Source: Bacteroidia bacterium
Lineage (GTDB): Bacteria > Bacteroidota > Bacteroidia > B-17B0 > Aurantibacillaceae
NCBI GenBank assembly: GCA_026414605.1
Contig: JAOAIP010000019.1
Location: 5,242-69,241 of the forward strand
Direction of reading: 5' to 3'
Length of the DNA: 64,000 bases
The first letter of the stretch is position 1. Every line of letters begins with the position of its first letter. Below are positions 41,123-51,206 of this stretch, one piece after another. The position numbers and the translations under genes are program-made. A model generated the notes under the pieces. It was given only the letters and a program-made list of their open reading frames with translations, ran no database searches and had not been told where the DNA came from.

Positions 41123-41746
41123 ATGGAAACATTAATTCTCATCATTATTGCTTATTTACTTGGTTCTATACCAACATCTGTTTGGATAGGAAAATATTTT
41201 TATGGTATTGATATTCGTGAACACGGCAGTGGAAATGCCGGTGCAACCAATACATTTAGAGTATTAGGAAAAAAGCCAGGAATAATAGTTTTGATAATAG
41301 ATATATTAAAAGGCAGTGCTGCTGTGAGTTTGGCATATTGGTTTGAAGATGTTTTACCTGCTAATGAATTTATAGACATAGAAATTGGTTTAGCCATTGC
41401 TTGTGTATTTGGGCATATATTTCCTGTTTTTGCAGGATTTAGAGGTGGAAAAGGCGTGGCTACATTGCTGGGAGCAACAATAATTATAACACCTATATCT
41501 TGTGCTCTTGCCCTTGTAGTGTTTTTAATTGTGTTATTTAGTACTCGTTATGTTTCATTAAGTTCAATGTCTGCAGGTGTGAGTTATCCGTTTATTTTGC
41601 ATTTTGTTTTACACAATCAACATCCCAGTTTGACCATTTATTCTATTTTAATTGCTTTATTATTAATTATCACACATCGTAAAAATATTCGTCGCTTATT
41701 AACACACACAGAATCCAAAATTGTTTTAGCCAAATCAAAAGCATAA
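41123..41746 (+). CDS. plsY: Glycerol-3-phosphate acyltransferase
   Basis: YLLGSIP, GSGNAGATN..R, GH.FP...FRGGKGVAT, H..NI.RL. Confidence 0.96.
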   Translation: METLILIIIAYLLGSIPTSVWIGKYFYGIDIREHGSGNAGATNTFRVLGKKPGIIVLIIDILKGSAAVSLAYWFEDVLPANEFIDIEIGLAIACVFGHIFPVFAGFRGGKGVATLLGATIIITPISCALALVVFLIVLFSTRYVSLSSMSAGVSYPFILHFVLHNQHPSLTIYSILIALLLIITHRKNIRRLLTHTESKIVLAKSKA

Positions 41747-41773
41747 GCATAAACAATTTAATGAGTAAAAATA

Positions 41774-43060
41774 ATGCTTAAGTTCAAAAATGTATATTTA
41801 CTGGTTACACTTTGTTTTTTGACCTTGTATAGTAGTGCACAAAAAGGGCTTCGTTACGAAGATTTTATTTATCAAAAAAACATCAAATCTGTCTTTTTGC
41901 ATCCGGCAGATTTTGAAATGGGATTGCCTGTTTTAGACCTTAATAATCCTAACGAACAATTATTATTAAGTTTTGATGATTTGGATGCAGATGTAAAAAA
42001 TTATTCTATTTATTTCATTCATTGTGATGCTTATTGGAATCCCAGCGATTTGATGACTTCTGAATACATTGACGGATTCTTTGAATTAAATATCCTAAAC
42101 TATTCTTTTTCTCAAAATACTTTACAAAAATATACGCATTACGATATCAAATTTCCTACATCTAATATGCGATTTACCAAAGCAGGCAACTATTTGATGG
42201 TCTTGTATAAAACCCCCAATAAATCAGATGTAGTAGCAACCAAACGATTTTATGTATTAAATAATGTGGTAGATATTGGTGCTCAAATATCTCAACCCAT
42301 TGGAAATGATTTGCAATATACTGGCCAACATATTGATTTTACTATAAGTTCACGAAGATATAATCTTACCAATCCCGTTACTGATATGAAGATTTTTTTA
42401 ATGCAAAATGGAAGATGGGATAATCTTGTAAAAAATATTCCTGCTACTTTTATGACTGGTAATTCATTTCAATTTAATTTAGATGATCGCACTACATTTT
42501 TAGGTTCTAATGAGTTTCGGTATTTTGATATTCGTACTTTATTTACATATACAGAAAGAATTGCAAATATCATCAAAGATGATAATGGAAAATGGCACGT
42601 TTATTTGACTACTGACAAACCCAGATATAAGCAGAAATATGCATTTCAAAACGATTTGAATGGCAACTTTTTAATTCGTAATAACGATAGATTGTCCAAT
42701 CCTGATGTAGAAGCTGATTATGCGTATGTGCATTTTCAATTTGAATATCCATATCCTATTAGTAAAGGAAATGTTTATGTTTTAAGCAGAATAAATAATT
42801 GGATGCTTACAGAAGAAAACAAAATGACTTATAATGAACAAATAAAATCTTACGAGTGCACAATGTATTTGAAACAAGGATATTACAATTATATTTATTC
42901 TATTCAATACGACGATGATACAAAATGCAATGAAAGCGAAACCGAAGGCAATTATTGGCAAACTGAAAATGATTATTACATTTTTGTTTATCATCGTCCG
43001 CAAGGTTATTATTATGACCAATTAGTAGGATTATTGAGAATCAATACACTTAAAAGATGA
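41774..43060 (+). CDS. DUF5103 / T9SS plug-like protein
   Basis: LSFDDL, HCD..W..S.L...EY..GF, NEFR.FD, LKQGYYNY, EGN..QTENDY. Confidence 0.8.
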   Translation: MLKFKNVYLLVTLCFLTLYSSAQKGLRYEDFIYQKNIKSVFLHPADFEMGLPVLDLNNPNEQLLLSFDDLDADVKNYSIYFIHCDAYWNPSDLMTSEYIDGFFELNILNYSFSQNTLQKYTHYDIKFPTSNMRFTKAGNYLMVLYKTPNKSDVVATKRFYVLNNVVDIGAQISQPIGNDLQYTGQHIDFTISSRRYNLTNPVTDMKIFLMQNGRWDNLVKNIPATFMTGNSFQFNLDDRTTFLGSNEFRYFDIRTLFTYTERIANIIKDDNGKWHVYLTTDKPRYKQKYAFQNDLNGNFLIRNNDRLSNPDVEADYAYVHFQFEYPYPISKGNVYVLSRINNWMLTEENKMTYNEQIKSYECTMYLKQGYYNYIYSIQYDDDTKCNESETEGNYWQTENDYYIFVYHRPQGYYYDQLVGLLRINTLKR

Positions 43061-43551
43061 TAAAAACTCGGTGGTTTGTATTATTACTTGTTTTGTCTTT
43101 TCAGGTGTTTGGACAAATCAAAGGAAAGCATCAATACAAATGGGCAATGTTTCATCCCTTTGCAGCATTAAAGGTTAAGAAGATTTACAAAAGAAACTTA
43201 TACATCTATGAAGAAGTTAAGAATAAAAAGATATTAGATAGTAGTGAAAATGGCGGGCAATTGGATGCATTTAGACACGGCTTTTTTATGGCTTGCTTTG
43301 CTCAAAAAATTAAACCAAAAAAACTTGTCAAACTGGGCACTGCCCACGAAAAAGATGACATTTGTTTATACCAAAAAAAGAAGAAAGTAGAATTTTCTGA
43401 TTATCCCGATAGTGCCAGCGTTGAGGTGGATCTACACAATAATTTGTTAGGAATAGAGTTGGGAAGAAAATACAAACATTTACCTGTTTTACAATTGAAA
43501 GACACGATTATTCATTATATCCAAGAAGGCAAGTTTAAAACAATTAGATGA
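43057..43551 (+). CDS. Exported hypothetical protein with DAFRH...DLHNN..G motif (DUF6973-like)
   Basis: Signal peptide; GGQLDAFRH, AHE, DLHNN. Confidence 0.65.
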   Translation: MIKTRWFVLLLVLSFQVFGQIKGKHQYKWAMFHPFAALKVKKIYKRNLYIYEEVKNKKILDSSENGGQLDAFRHGFFMACFAQKIKPKKLVKLGTAHEKDDICLYQKKKKVEFSDYPDSASVEVDLHNNLLGIELGRKYKHLPVLQLKDTIIHYIQEGKFKTIR

Positions 43552-43729
43552 AGGTGTCAGAGGAAAAATTTTCTTTAATTTTTTCAAGAAGTATTTTTAA
43601 TGTTTCTTCTTCCAATTTTGTAATAGCCAAATTTTTAAATTCATTTAAGAAATTATTTTGCACACTAGAAATAGAAAGAATTCCCAATGTCTCAAATAAA
43701 TCACTTCCTATTTGGGAAGAAACATTCAT
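43544..43729 (-). CDS. Small hypothetical protein (61 aa)
   Basis: ATG at 43729, preceded on the minus strand by TATCTTTG (43750-43743); fills an otherwise empty gap. Confidence 0.45.
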   Translation of the reverse strand: MNVSSQIGSDLFETLGILSISSVQNNFLNEFKNLAITKLEEETLKILLEKIKENFSSDTFI

Positions 43730-43843
43730 ATATTTTTTACTACAAAGATAAATAACAAACTTCAAATCAAATAAACATATTCCATTTTCCACATCTTTTT
43801 CCTTTTAGTACTTTTGCCCAAAATTAAAGATAAGTTCATTGTT

Positions 43844-44905
43844 ATGGATTCATTTATTGTAACAGGTATTCAACAGATAGGTGTAGGTGTGTCGGATGTG
43901 GTAAAAGCATTTGATTTTTATAGAACTCATTTGGGTTTTGATATTCGTGTATTTGATGAAGCCGCAGAAGCCAATTTGATGCTACCATACACAGGGGGTA
44001 AGCCACACAAAAGAAGAGCGATATTGGCCATTAACCTTAATGGTGGCGGCGGACTTGAAATTTGGCAATATACAAGTAGAACACCACAACCGCCTGCATT
44101 TACACCGCAACTTGGTGATCTTGGGATTTTTGTGGCTAAACTAAAAACTTACGATATTCAAAAAGCCCATTCAACACTCAAACAGAAAACATTAACCATC
44201 AGTGAAATATACCGTCATCCCGCAGGTTTTCAGCACTTTTACATTCAAGATGTTTTTGGAAATTATTTTGAAATGATGGAAGCACAGGATTTTTTTCAAA
44301 AAGAAAAATATCCTAATGGGGGTATAAATGGGGCTATTATTGGGGTGAGCAACTTACAGCAATCCATTGATTTTTATAAAAAAGTTCTTGGTTTTGATAA
44401 AGTACTTTATCTGTCTGAAAATGCACACGATTTTGAAGATTTGAGTTTCTTTGGTAAAAATAAAACCTATAAAAGATCATTACTTACTTGGAGTAAACAA
44501 GAAACTGCAGGGTTTGCAGCATTGTTTGGACAACCTTATATTGAGTTGGTAGAATGGACAAATGGCACACCAAGAAAAATCTATGAGAACCGCTTTTGGG
44601 GGGACTTGGGCTTCATTCATCTTTGTTTTGATGTGAGAAATATGGCGGCATTGAAAAATCATTGTCAAAAGCACAATGCCCCTTTTACAGTAGATAGTGG
44701 AGAAAAGTTTTCAATGGGAGATGCTGCGGGACACTTTGCTTACATTGAAGATCCAGATGGTACGCTTATTGAATTTGTAGAAACTAAAAAAGTACCGATA
44801 CTTAAAAAACTCAATTGGTATTGGAAGTTTTCATCTAATGATATTCACAAACCTGTCCCTAAATGGATGATCAAAGCATTTCGTTTTAATCGTATAAGAT
44901 CTTAA
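43844..44905 (+). CDS. Two-domain VOC / glyoxalase-family protein
   Basis: GIQQIGVGV, LEIWQ, IELVE, HLCFDV, YIEDPDGTLIEFVE. Confidence 0.88.
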   Translation: MDSFIVTGIQQIGVGVSDVVKAFDFYRTHLGFDIRVFDEAAEANLMLPYTGGKPHKRRAILAINLNGGGGLEIWQYTSRTPQPPAFTPQLGDLGIFVAKLKTYDIQKAHSTLKQKTLTISEIYRHPAGFQHFYIQDVFGNYFEMMEAQDFFQKEKYPNGGINGAIIGVSNLQQSIDFYKKVLGFDKVLYLSENAHDFEDLSFFGKNKTYKRSLLTWSKQETAGFAALFGQPYIELVEWTNGTPRKIYENRFWGDLGFIHLCFDVRNMAALKNHCQKHNAPFTVDSGEKFSMGDAAGHFAYIEDPDGTLIEFVETKKVPILKKLNWYWKFSSNDIHKPVPKWMIKAFRFNRIRS

Positions 44906-44911
44906 TTGTAT

Positions 44912-45709
44912 ATGGCTGATAAGATAAAAATAACGGCTGTTAATTACCTGAATACTTTCCCATTTAAGTATGGAATGACAAAATTTGGTCATTTATTGGA
45001 TTGGGCAGAAATCAATTATGCAACACCTGCAGAATGTGCTCAAATGTTGATAGACAAAAAAACGAATATCGCTCTTGCCCCCGTTGCTGTGCTATCCAGA
45101 CAATCTGATTTAAATATTATTACTAATTATTGTTTGTCCACTAATGATGTGGTGAAAAGCGTGAAGTTATACAGTTATAAGCCCATTCAAGAAATAGAAA
45201 CAATCGTTTTGGATTATCAATCCTTATCATCAGTATCATTAATCAAAGTATTGATGAAATACTATTGGAAAAAAGAAGTGCGTTATATTCAGGGAACACA
45301 AGGATTTGAGAGACAATTAAATGAAGACGCAATGGTTGTAATTGGTGACAGAACCTTTGAATTAAATGGAACATTTCCTTATGAATACGATCTTGCAGAA
45401 GAGTGGTTTAAATATTATGGTAAGCCCTTTGTTTTTGCGGCTTGGATAAGTAATGTAAGATTAGATAATGACAGAATAAACACATTAAATCAAATTTTTG
45501 AATACGGAGTTAGCCATATTGATGAAGTGGTTGAAGATGCTATCCATTCTATTTCTTTTTTGAGAAATACAGACATTGATACAAAACGTTCTTTTATTTT
45601 ATCTTATTTAAAAAATAATATGCAATATCAATTAACAGAAGATCGTAAAGAAAGTATAAAACACTTTTTATATTTATTAAAAACTATGGAAACTGAAAAA
45701 GTTTTATGA
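44912..45709 (+). CDS. mqnA: Chorismate dehydratase MqnA (futalosine pathway)
   Basis: V.YLN..P, VKSV, S.SS..L, VIGD, DLAEEW.....PFVFAAW. Confidence 0.85.
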   Translation: MADKIKITAVNYLNTFPFKYGMTKFGHLLDWAEINYATPAECAQMLIDKKTNIALAPVAVLSRQSDLNIITNYCLSTNDVVKSVKLYSYKPIQEIETIVLDYQSLSSVSLIKVLMKYYWKKEVRYIQGTQGFERQLNEDAMVVIGDRTFELNGTFPYEYDLAEEWFKYYGKPFVFAAWISNVRLDNDRINTLNQIFEYGVSHIDEVVEDAIHSISFLRNTDIDTKRSFILSYLKNNMQYQLTEDRKESIKHFLYLLKTMETEKVL

Positions 45710-45725
45710 GTTTAATTTGTTTTGT

Positions 45726-46571
45726 ATGTTGCCCAAACTTTTCGTTTTTGCTCACTTTGAAGAAGCCCAACTATTTTTGAATACTTTTCCAGCAAAGTTG
45801 CATTTTCAATTAAAAACAATACAATGTTATTATTCTGAAGAAAACAATGTTTATATTCTTATTACAGGTTCAGGATTTTTTAATATCTCTGTTGCTCTTT
45901 CTGTATTTTTTGAAAGATATGCATACTTGAAAAAAGACATTTTGACTTTTAATATCGGCATAGCAGGAAGTTTTAATAAACCTTTGTATCAAGTTTTTTA
46001 TATTTCAAAAATTACAAATTACCATACATTACGCAGTTTTTATCCGGATGTGTTTATTCCATTTCCAATGGCTGAATTAGTAAGTATTGAGTTTCCTGCT
46101 GATAAAAAAATAATGGCAGAATATCCCGATGCATTGTTTGATATGGAAGGATATGCATTTGCAACTGCATCCAAGTTTTTTCTGAAAAATCATCAAATAC
46201 ATTGCATTAAATTTGTAAGTGATAATGATGGATGTATTCAGGATATGGATGAACTTTTAAATCGGTATGAGTTATCAGCAAATTCAATGCTTTCAATGGT
46301 TCAGCAAATAGAAAAAGAAGTGCAAGCATACTTTAAGAAGGAAGAAAATTTTGATGAAGAGGTTCAAAATATAGTAAGTAAATGGTCAGAAAAACTTCAT
46401 TTGACACATTCTCAAAAAATGCAATTACACAAAGCATTGATGTATTGTAAGCAACACAATAAAAACATTGATTTTATTCATTCACTGAATTTTGGCGACA
46501 CTAAAAAAATTTCAAAACACGAGAGAAATAGATATTTTCAAAACATCTTGAAGCAATTATATTATGTATAG
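45726..46571 (+). CDS. Divergent nucleoside phosphorylase / MTAN-fold protein with a helical C-terminal extension
   Basis: LITGSG, NIGIAGS, DMEGYAF, IKFVSD. Confidence 0.75.
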   Translation: MLPKLFVFAHFEEAQLFLNTFPAKLHFQLKTIQCYYSEENNVYILITGSGFFNISVALSVFFERYAYLKKDILTFNIGIAGSFNKPLYQVFYISKITNYHTLRSFYPDVFIPFPMAELVSIEFPADKKIMAEYPDALFDMEGYAFATASKFFLKNHQIHCIKFVSDNDGCIQDMDELLNRYELSANSMLSMVQQIEKEVQAYFKKEENFDEEVQNIVSKWSEKLHLTHSQKMQLHKALMYCKQHNKNIDFIHSLNFGDTKKISKHERNRYFQNILKQLYYV

Positions 46572-47553
46572 ACATTTGGTATACATAGAAAAAAATATCT
46601 TGAATGATAATGCTACAAAGAGAGTATTAGATAAAATAAACCCACAAGAAATTGTTATCATTGATCATTACAAAGAAGTTTTAAATCAAACCAATAGTCA
46701 TTGGCATTTTAATAAAAAGTATCAAAAAATTATTTTAGCCAAGCGTGAAAGTGAATTTTATTACAAAGGTTCATTTCTTACATCATCTTTGGGATATCGG
46801 CATTTTTATTACAACACATTAGCCCTTAATTGTATTTTCCATTGTGAATATTGCTATTTGCAAGGAATGTATAACACACCGCATTTAGTTTTATTTTTGA
46901 ACAATCAAGATTTTATTAAAGCCACCAAAACATTGATTAAACAACACAATGATAAAATTTATTTAGCATTATCTTATGATACAGATTTATTGGCATTAGA
47001 GCATTATTATCCTTATTGTCAAGAATGGATTGACTTTGCACAAAAAGAAAAAAAACTGCAAATAGAAATTCGTACCAAATCGCATCAAGTAGATAGATTA
47101 AATCAAATAAAACCTACAGATAATGTGGTATTAAGTTTTACACTTTCACCCGAGAGTATTCAAGAACAATATGAACCACTTACGCCAAAATTAGATCAAA
47201 GAATAAATGCCGTTCAAAAAGCCATACAAAGGGGATTTAAAGTGATGTTGTGTTTTGATCCAATGATTTATGTTTCAGATTTTAAGCGTATTTACAAAGA
47301 TTTTTTTGATAAGGTGTTTTCAAAAATACAAGCCAATAGCATTGATTCTGTGTCTATTGGTGTTTTTAGAATGAATAATGATTTTTTGAAAAGAATTCGT
47401 AAAAATGGTAATCGCAGTGATTTGTATTTTTATACTTATGAAGTGAAAAACAGCATTGCTACTTATTCGGAGGATATTAAAAAAGAAATGCTTTTATTTG
47501 TCAGTGATGAATTAAAAAAGAGAAACATTTTTCGCATTCATATTTATGAATAA
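46564..47553 (+). CDS. Spore photoproduct lyase (SplB)-like radical SAM protein
   Basis: NCIFHCEYCYLQGMY (CX3CX2C-YL), SYDTDLLALE, EIRTKS, FTLSP....YE..TP....RI, FDPMI. Confidence 0.88.
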   Translation: MYRHLVYIEKNILNDNATKRVLDKINPQEIVIIDHYKEVLNQTNSHWHFNKKYQKIILAKRESEFYYKGSFLTSSLGYRHFYYNTLALNCIFHCEYCYLQGMYNTPHLVLFLNNQDFIKATKTLIKQHNDKIYLALSYDTDLLALEHYYPYCQEWIDFAQKEKKLQIEIRTKSHQVDRLNQIKPTDNVVLSFTLSPESIQEQYEPLTPKLDQRINAVQKAIQRGFKVMLCFDPMIYVSDFKRIYKDFFDKVFSKIQANSIDSVSIGVFRMNNDFLKRIRKNGNRSDLYFYTYEVKNSIATYSEDIKKEMLLFVSDELKKRNIFRIHIYE

Positions 47554-48256
47554 AACTATTCTTATAACAGGACACAGCAAGGGCTTGGGCAGATCTATTA
47601 CAGAAATTTTATTAGCGACCAATCGGTTTAATATCATTGGTATTTCAAGATCTTTTTCAGGAATTAATCATCCTTTGTTGTCTGAAATAAGTGCAGATTT
47701 ATCAAATGAAAATCAAGTAATGTCATTACAAGAAAAAATTAAAGCAATTGATTTTGATGTGATTATTCTCAATGCAGGATCTAATTCTATCAAGCCACCA
47801 GAAGGATATTCATTGCAAGAAATACAAGAAATTATACAACTTAATTTTACTTCAAATGCTTTATTGATTAGAATGTGCTTGAATGGATTGTTGCGTAAAA
47901 AGGGGCATATTATTGGAATTGGTAGTTATTCAGGATTGGAAATTAAAAAGTGGAATAATTTTTATGGATCGGCTAAAAGCGGCTTGCATCATTTATTACA
48001 CAACTTATTTGAACAATACAGAAAGCAAGGATTAAAAGTGAGTATTGTGATTCCAGATATTATCAATACGGAGTTTTACAAGCATCAAGAATACGAGCCA
48101 CTGGATGATACACAATATTCATTGTCTTCAGAAGAGGTGGCAAATGTTATTGCCCAATGGATTATTCATCCACCAAATTATGTTCCATTAGAAATTATTC
48201 TTCGCCCACAAATGTTTCAATTAAAAAGAAAAGATAATTGGAGAAAACAAGAGTAA
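47546..48256 (+). CDS. Classical short-chain dehydrogenase/reductase
   Basis: TGHSKGLG, NAG, catalytic Ser and YGSAK. Confidence 0.92.
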   Translation: MNKTILITGHSKGLGRSITEILLATNRFNIIGISRSFSGINHPLLSEISADLSNENQVMSLQEKIKAIDFDVIILNAGSNSIKPPEGYSLQEIQEIIQLNFTSNALLIRMCLNGLLRKKGHIIGIGSYSGLEIKKWNNFYGSAKSGLHHLLHNLFEQYRKQGLKVSIVIPDIINTEFYKHQEYEPLDDTQYSLSSEEVANVIAQWIIHPPNYVPLEIILRPQMFQLKRKDNWRKQE

Positions 48257-48341
48257 AAGTTATATTGAAAAATCTTGTTGTGGTGAAAAAATAAAAATCT
48301 TTAAATCAAAAAATTCACGAATTTTGCCAAAAAAATAAACA

Positions 48342-49655
48342 TTGAGAACAAAATCATGTCATAAGAGAAAAGTAAACGTTATAACATTAGGATGCAGTAA
48401 AAACCTTGTAGATAGCGAGCAATTAATGGGTGAATTAGCCCATTTGGGGTTTGATGTTTATCACGAAAATGAAGACGATGATCAAGATATTGTGATTATT
48501 AATACTTGTGGGTTTATTGAAAGTGCCAAAGAAGAAAGCATTCAAATGATTCTTCAATTTTCAGAAGCCAAAAAGAAAGGATTGGTTGAAAAATTATATG
48601 TAACGGGTTGTTTGAGTGAAAGGTATAAAAACGAATTACAACAAGAATTACCTGAAGTAGATGCTTTTTTTGGAACAAAAGATTTACCAAGAATTATCAA
48701 ACATCTCAAAACAGATTTTAAGAAAGAATTGACAGGCGAACGTTTACTGACTACACCGACACATTATGCGTACTTAAAAATCAGTGAAGGGTGTGATCGT
48801 CCTTGTAGTTTTTGTGCTATTCCATTGATGCGTGGATCACACGTGTCTGTGCCTATTGAAACATTAGTAGATCAAGCCCAGAAATTAGCAGATAAAGGGG
48901 TAAAAGAATTATTGTTAATAGCACAGGACTTAACCTATTATGGTTTGGATTTGTATAAAAAAAGAGAACTTGCAAAATTATTAGAAGAATTAAGCAAAAT
49001 CAACGGAATAGAATGGATACGATTGCATTATCTTTTTCCTTCGGGTTTTCCTGAAGATGTGTTGTATGTAGTGCGCGATAATCCCAAAATATGCAATTAT
49101 CTGGATATGCCTATTCAACACATTAATACAGAAGTGTTGAAAAATATGAAAAGAGGCATTACCAAAGAAAAAACAACAGAGTTGATTTTAAAGATACGAT
49201 CTATTATTCCGAATGTTGCATTGCGAACAAGTATTATGGTGGGATTTCCAGGAGAAACAGAACAGCAGTTTCAAGAATTATTAGATTGGCTAAAAGAAAT
49301 AAAATTTGATAGATTAGGTGTATTTACTTATTCGCACGAAGAAAACACTTCGGCGTATGCCTTAAAAGACAACGTTCCTTCAAAAGTAAAAAAACAAAGA
49401 GCCGATTTGGTAATGTTACAACAACAACAAATTTCTTTTGAATTAAATCAACAAAAAATTGGAAAGATATTTAAAACTATTATTGATAGAAAAGAAGGTG
49501 GCTATTGGATAGGTCGCACCGAATATGATAGTCCGGATATTGATAACGAAGTGATCATTAAAGATGAAAACACAAATTTAAAAATTGGAGAATTTTACAA
49601 TGTGAAAATTTTTGATGCTGAAGAATTTGATTTATATGGAACCATTGAAAATTAA
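48342..49655 (+). CDS. rimO: Ribosomal protein S12 methylthiotransferase
   Basis: LGCSKNLVDSE, NTCGFI, SEGCDRPCSFC, TRAM domain GRTEYDSPDID. Confidence 0.96.
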   Translation: MRTKSCHKRKVNVITLGCSKNLVDSEQLMGELAHLGFDVYHENEDDDQDIVIINTCGFIESAKEESIQMILQFSEAKKKGLVEKLYVTGCLSERYKNELQQELPEVDAFFGTKDLPRIIKHLKTDFKKELTGERLLTTPTHYAYLKISEGCDRPCSFCAIPLMRGSHVSVPIETLVDQAQKLADKGVKELLLIAQDLTYYGLDLYKKRELAKLLEELSKINGIEWIRLHYLFPSGFPEDVLYVVRDNPKICNYLDMPIQHINTEVLKNMKRGITKEKTTELILKIRSIIPNVALRTSIMVGFPGETEQQFQELLDWLKEIKFDRLGVFTYSHEENTSAYALKDNVPSKVKKQRADLVMLQQQQISFELNQQKIGKIFKTIIDRKEGGYWIGRTEYDSPDIDNEVIIKDENTNLKIGEFYNVKIFDAEEFDLYGTIEN

Positions 49656-49659
49656 AAGT

Positions 49660-50232
49660 ATGACACAAAAACCATTATCAGATATTGAAAAATACGACTA
49701 CATAGTATCTATTTGTAGAAACATCTTTGAAAAGAAGATGAAAGATTATGGAACATCTTGGAGACATCTTCGCCCGTCTTCTCTAACCGATCAGATATTT
49801 ATCAAAGCAAAAAGATTAAAAACACTGGATACTATAAAAGAGCAAAAAATCAGTGATAAGCCCGAAGATGAATGGATTGGTATTATTAATTATTGCATTA
49901 TTGCATTGATACAATTAGAGTTGGTCAATGACGAACGAATTGATCTATATGCCGAAGAAGTAATGAATCTTTATGATCAAAAAGTGCAGGTAGTAAAAAA
50001 TTTAATGTTGAAAAAAAATCACGATTATGGTGATGCTTGGAAGGATATGCGAATAAGTTCATTAATTGATTTGGTTTTAGTTAAATTACATCGCATTAAA
50101 CAAATAGAGGACAATCAGGGAAAAACATTGATTTCAGAAGGGGTAGAAGCCAATTATATGGATATTATTAATTATAGTATTTTTGCTTTAATCAAAATAA
50201 AATTTCCTGAAGAGTATAAATCATCGTTTTAA
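49660..50232 (+). CDS. DUF1599 (nucleotide-modification-associated, duplicated domain) protein
   Basis: Two repeats: KMKDYGTSWR...INY and KNHDYGDAW...DIINY. Confidence 0.85.
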   Translation: MTQKPLSDIEKYDYIVSICRNIFEKKMKDYGTSWRHLRPSSLTDQIFIKAKRLKTLDTIKEQKISDKPEDEWIGIINYCIIALIQLELVNDERIDLYAEEVMNLYDQKVQVVKNLMLKKNHDYGDAWKDMRISSLIDLVLVKLHRIKQIEDNQGKTLISEGVEANYMDIINYSIFALIKIKFPEEYKSSF

Positions 50233-51206
50233 TGAAAGATGTTGAGGGTTATCAAAGCAATTTAACTACTCGTCATAAATTTTCAGTAAGTAAAATTGTT
50301 GTATGGGGTGTGGGTGTTTTAGCGTTGTGTATTTTAATTTATCGCATTCATAAGTCCTTGTCCAATCAGCAAATTCAGGAATCATTAAAAATTATTAATG
50401 ATAAAACGCAATGGCTTTATTTTGTTTTAGCATTTTTGTTGATGCCTGTCAATTGGTTGATTGAGACATGGAAGTGGTATAAAGTAAGTCGTCAAGTAGA
50501 ATCTGTATCGTTCAAAAAAGCCCTATTTTCGTTATTAGTAGGAATGGCTTATGGACATTTGTTACCTGGCAGAAGTAGTGAGTTTTTGGGCAAAATTTTA
50601 TTTTTCTCTGAAAAGAATAAGGCCAATATATCTGTACTACACTTTGTGAATGCAGCATTTCAAATGTATATCACGTTACTTGTTGCATTGTTATTTATTG
50701 TTCTTAATATCTTTTTTTCACACAACGCTAACACATCTTCATTGTATCTTATTTCGTTTCTTTCTTTTTTGTTTTTCATTGCTTTTACACTGCTTATTGT
50801 TTATGCAGATAAATTACATTTTTTAAAAAAATTTTTGCCCGCTTTAAATTATGAATTACCAATCATCTTAAAACTTGAACTTTTGTTTTGGTCAATGGTT
50901 CGTTATATAGTATTTGTGCTTCAATTTTATTGGATATTTAAGATTTTTTCACCACATCAGTTGTTCAATTATGCCTTTGTATCCAGTTTGTCTTTGTATT
51001 ATTTACTTACATCTTTAATTCCAATGATTAGTATTATTGAGGTGGCTGTAAGGTCTTTAATTGCAATAATGGTTTTTCAAAACACAAATACAAACGATGT
51101 TCAATTGACAATTATTACCACTTTGATATGGCTGATAAATCTTGTCATTCCGAGTATTATTGGTTTTGTGATATGGCTTCAAATGTTTAAATGGAAAGAA
51201 AAATGA
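50232..51206 (+). CDS. Lysylphosphatidylglycerol-synthase-TM / flippase-like membrane protein
   Basis: NWLIE..KW, P...E..G, W.INL..P..IG; multi-TM. Confidence 0.75.
   Translation: MKDVEGYQSNLTTRHKFSVSKIVVWGVGVLALCILIYRIHKSLSNQQIQESLKIINDKTQWLYFVLAFLLMPVNWLIETWKWYKVSRQVESVSFKKALFSLLVGMAYGHLLPGRSSEFLGKILFFSEKNKANISVLHFVNAAFQMYITLLVALLFIVLNIFFSHNANTSSLYLISFLSFLFFIAFTLLIVYADKLHFLKKFLPALNYELPIILKLELLFWSMVRYIVFVLQFYWIFKIFSPHQLFNYAFVSSLSLYYLLTSLIPMISIIEVAVRSLIAIMVFQNTNTNDVQLTIITTLIWLINLVIPSIIGFVIWLQMFKWKEK

Noticed and set aside
45726..46571. Calling this gene mqnB outright
   Set aside because: Motifs and the C-terminal extension differ from typical MqnB, and it is coupled to the SplB-like gene; kept only as a hypothesis.
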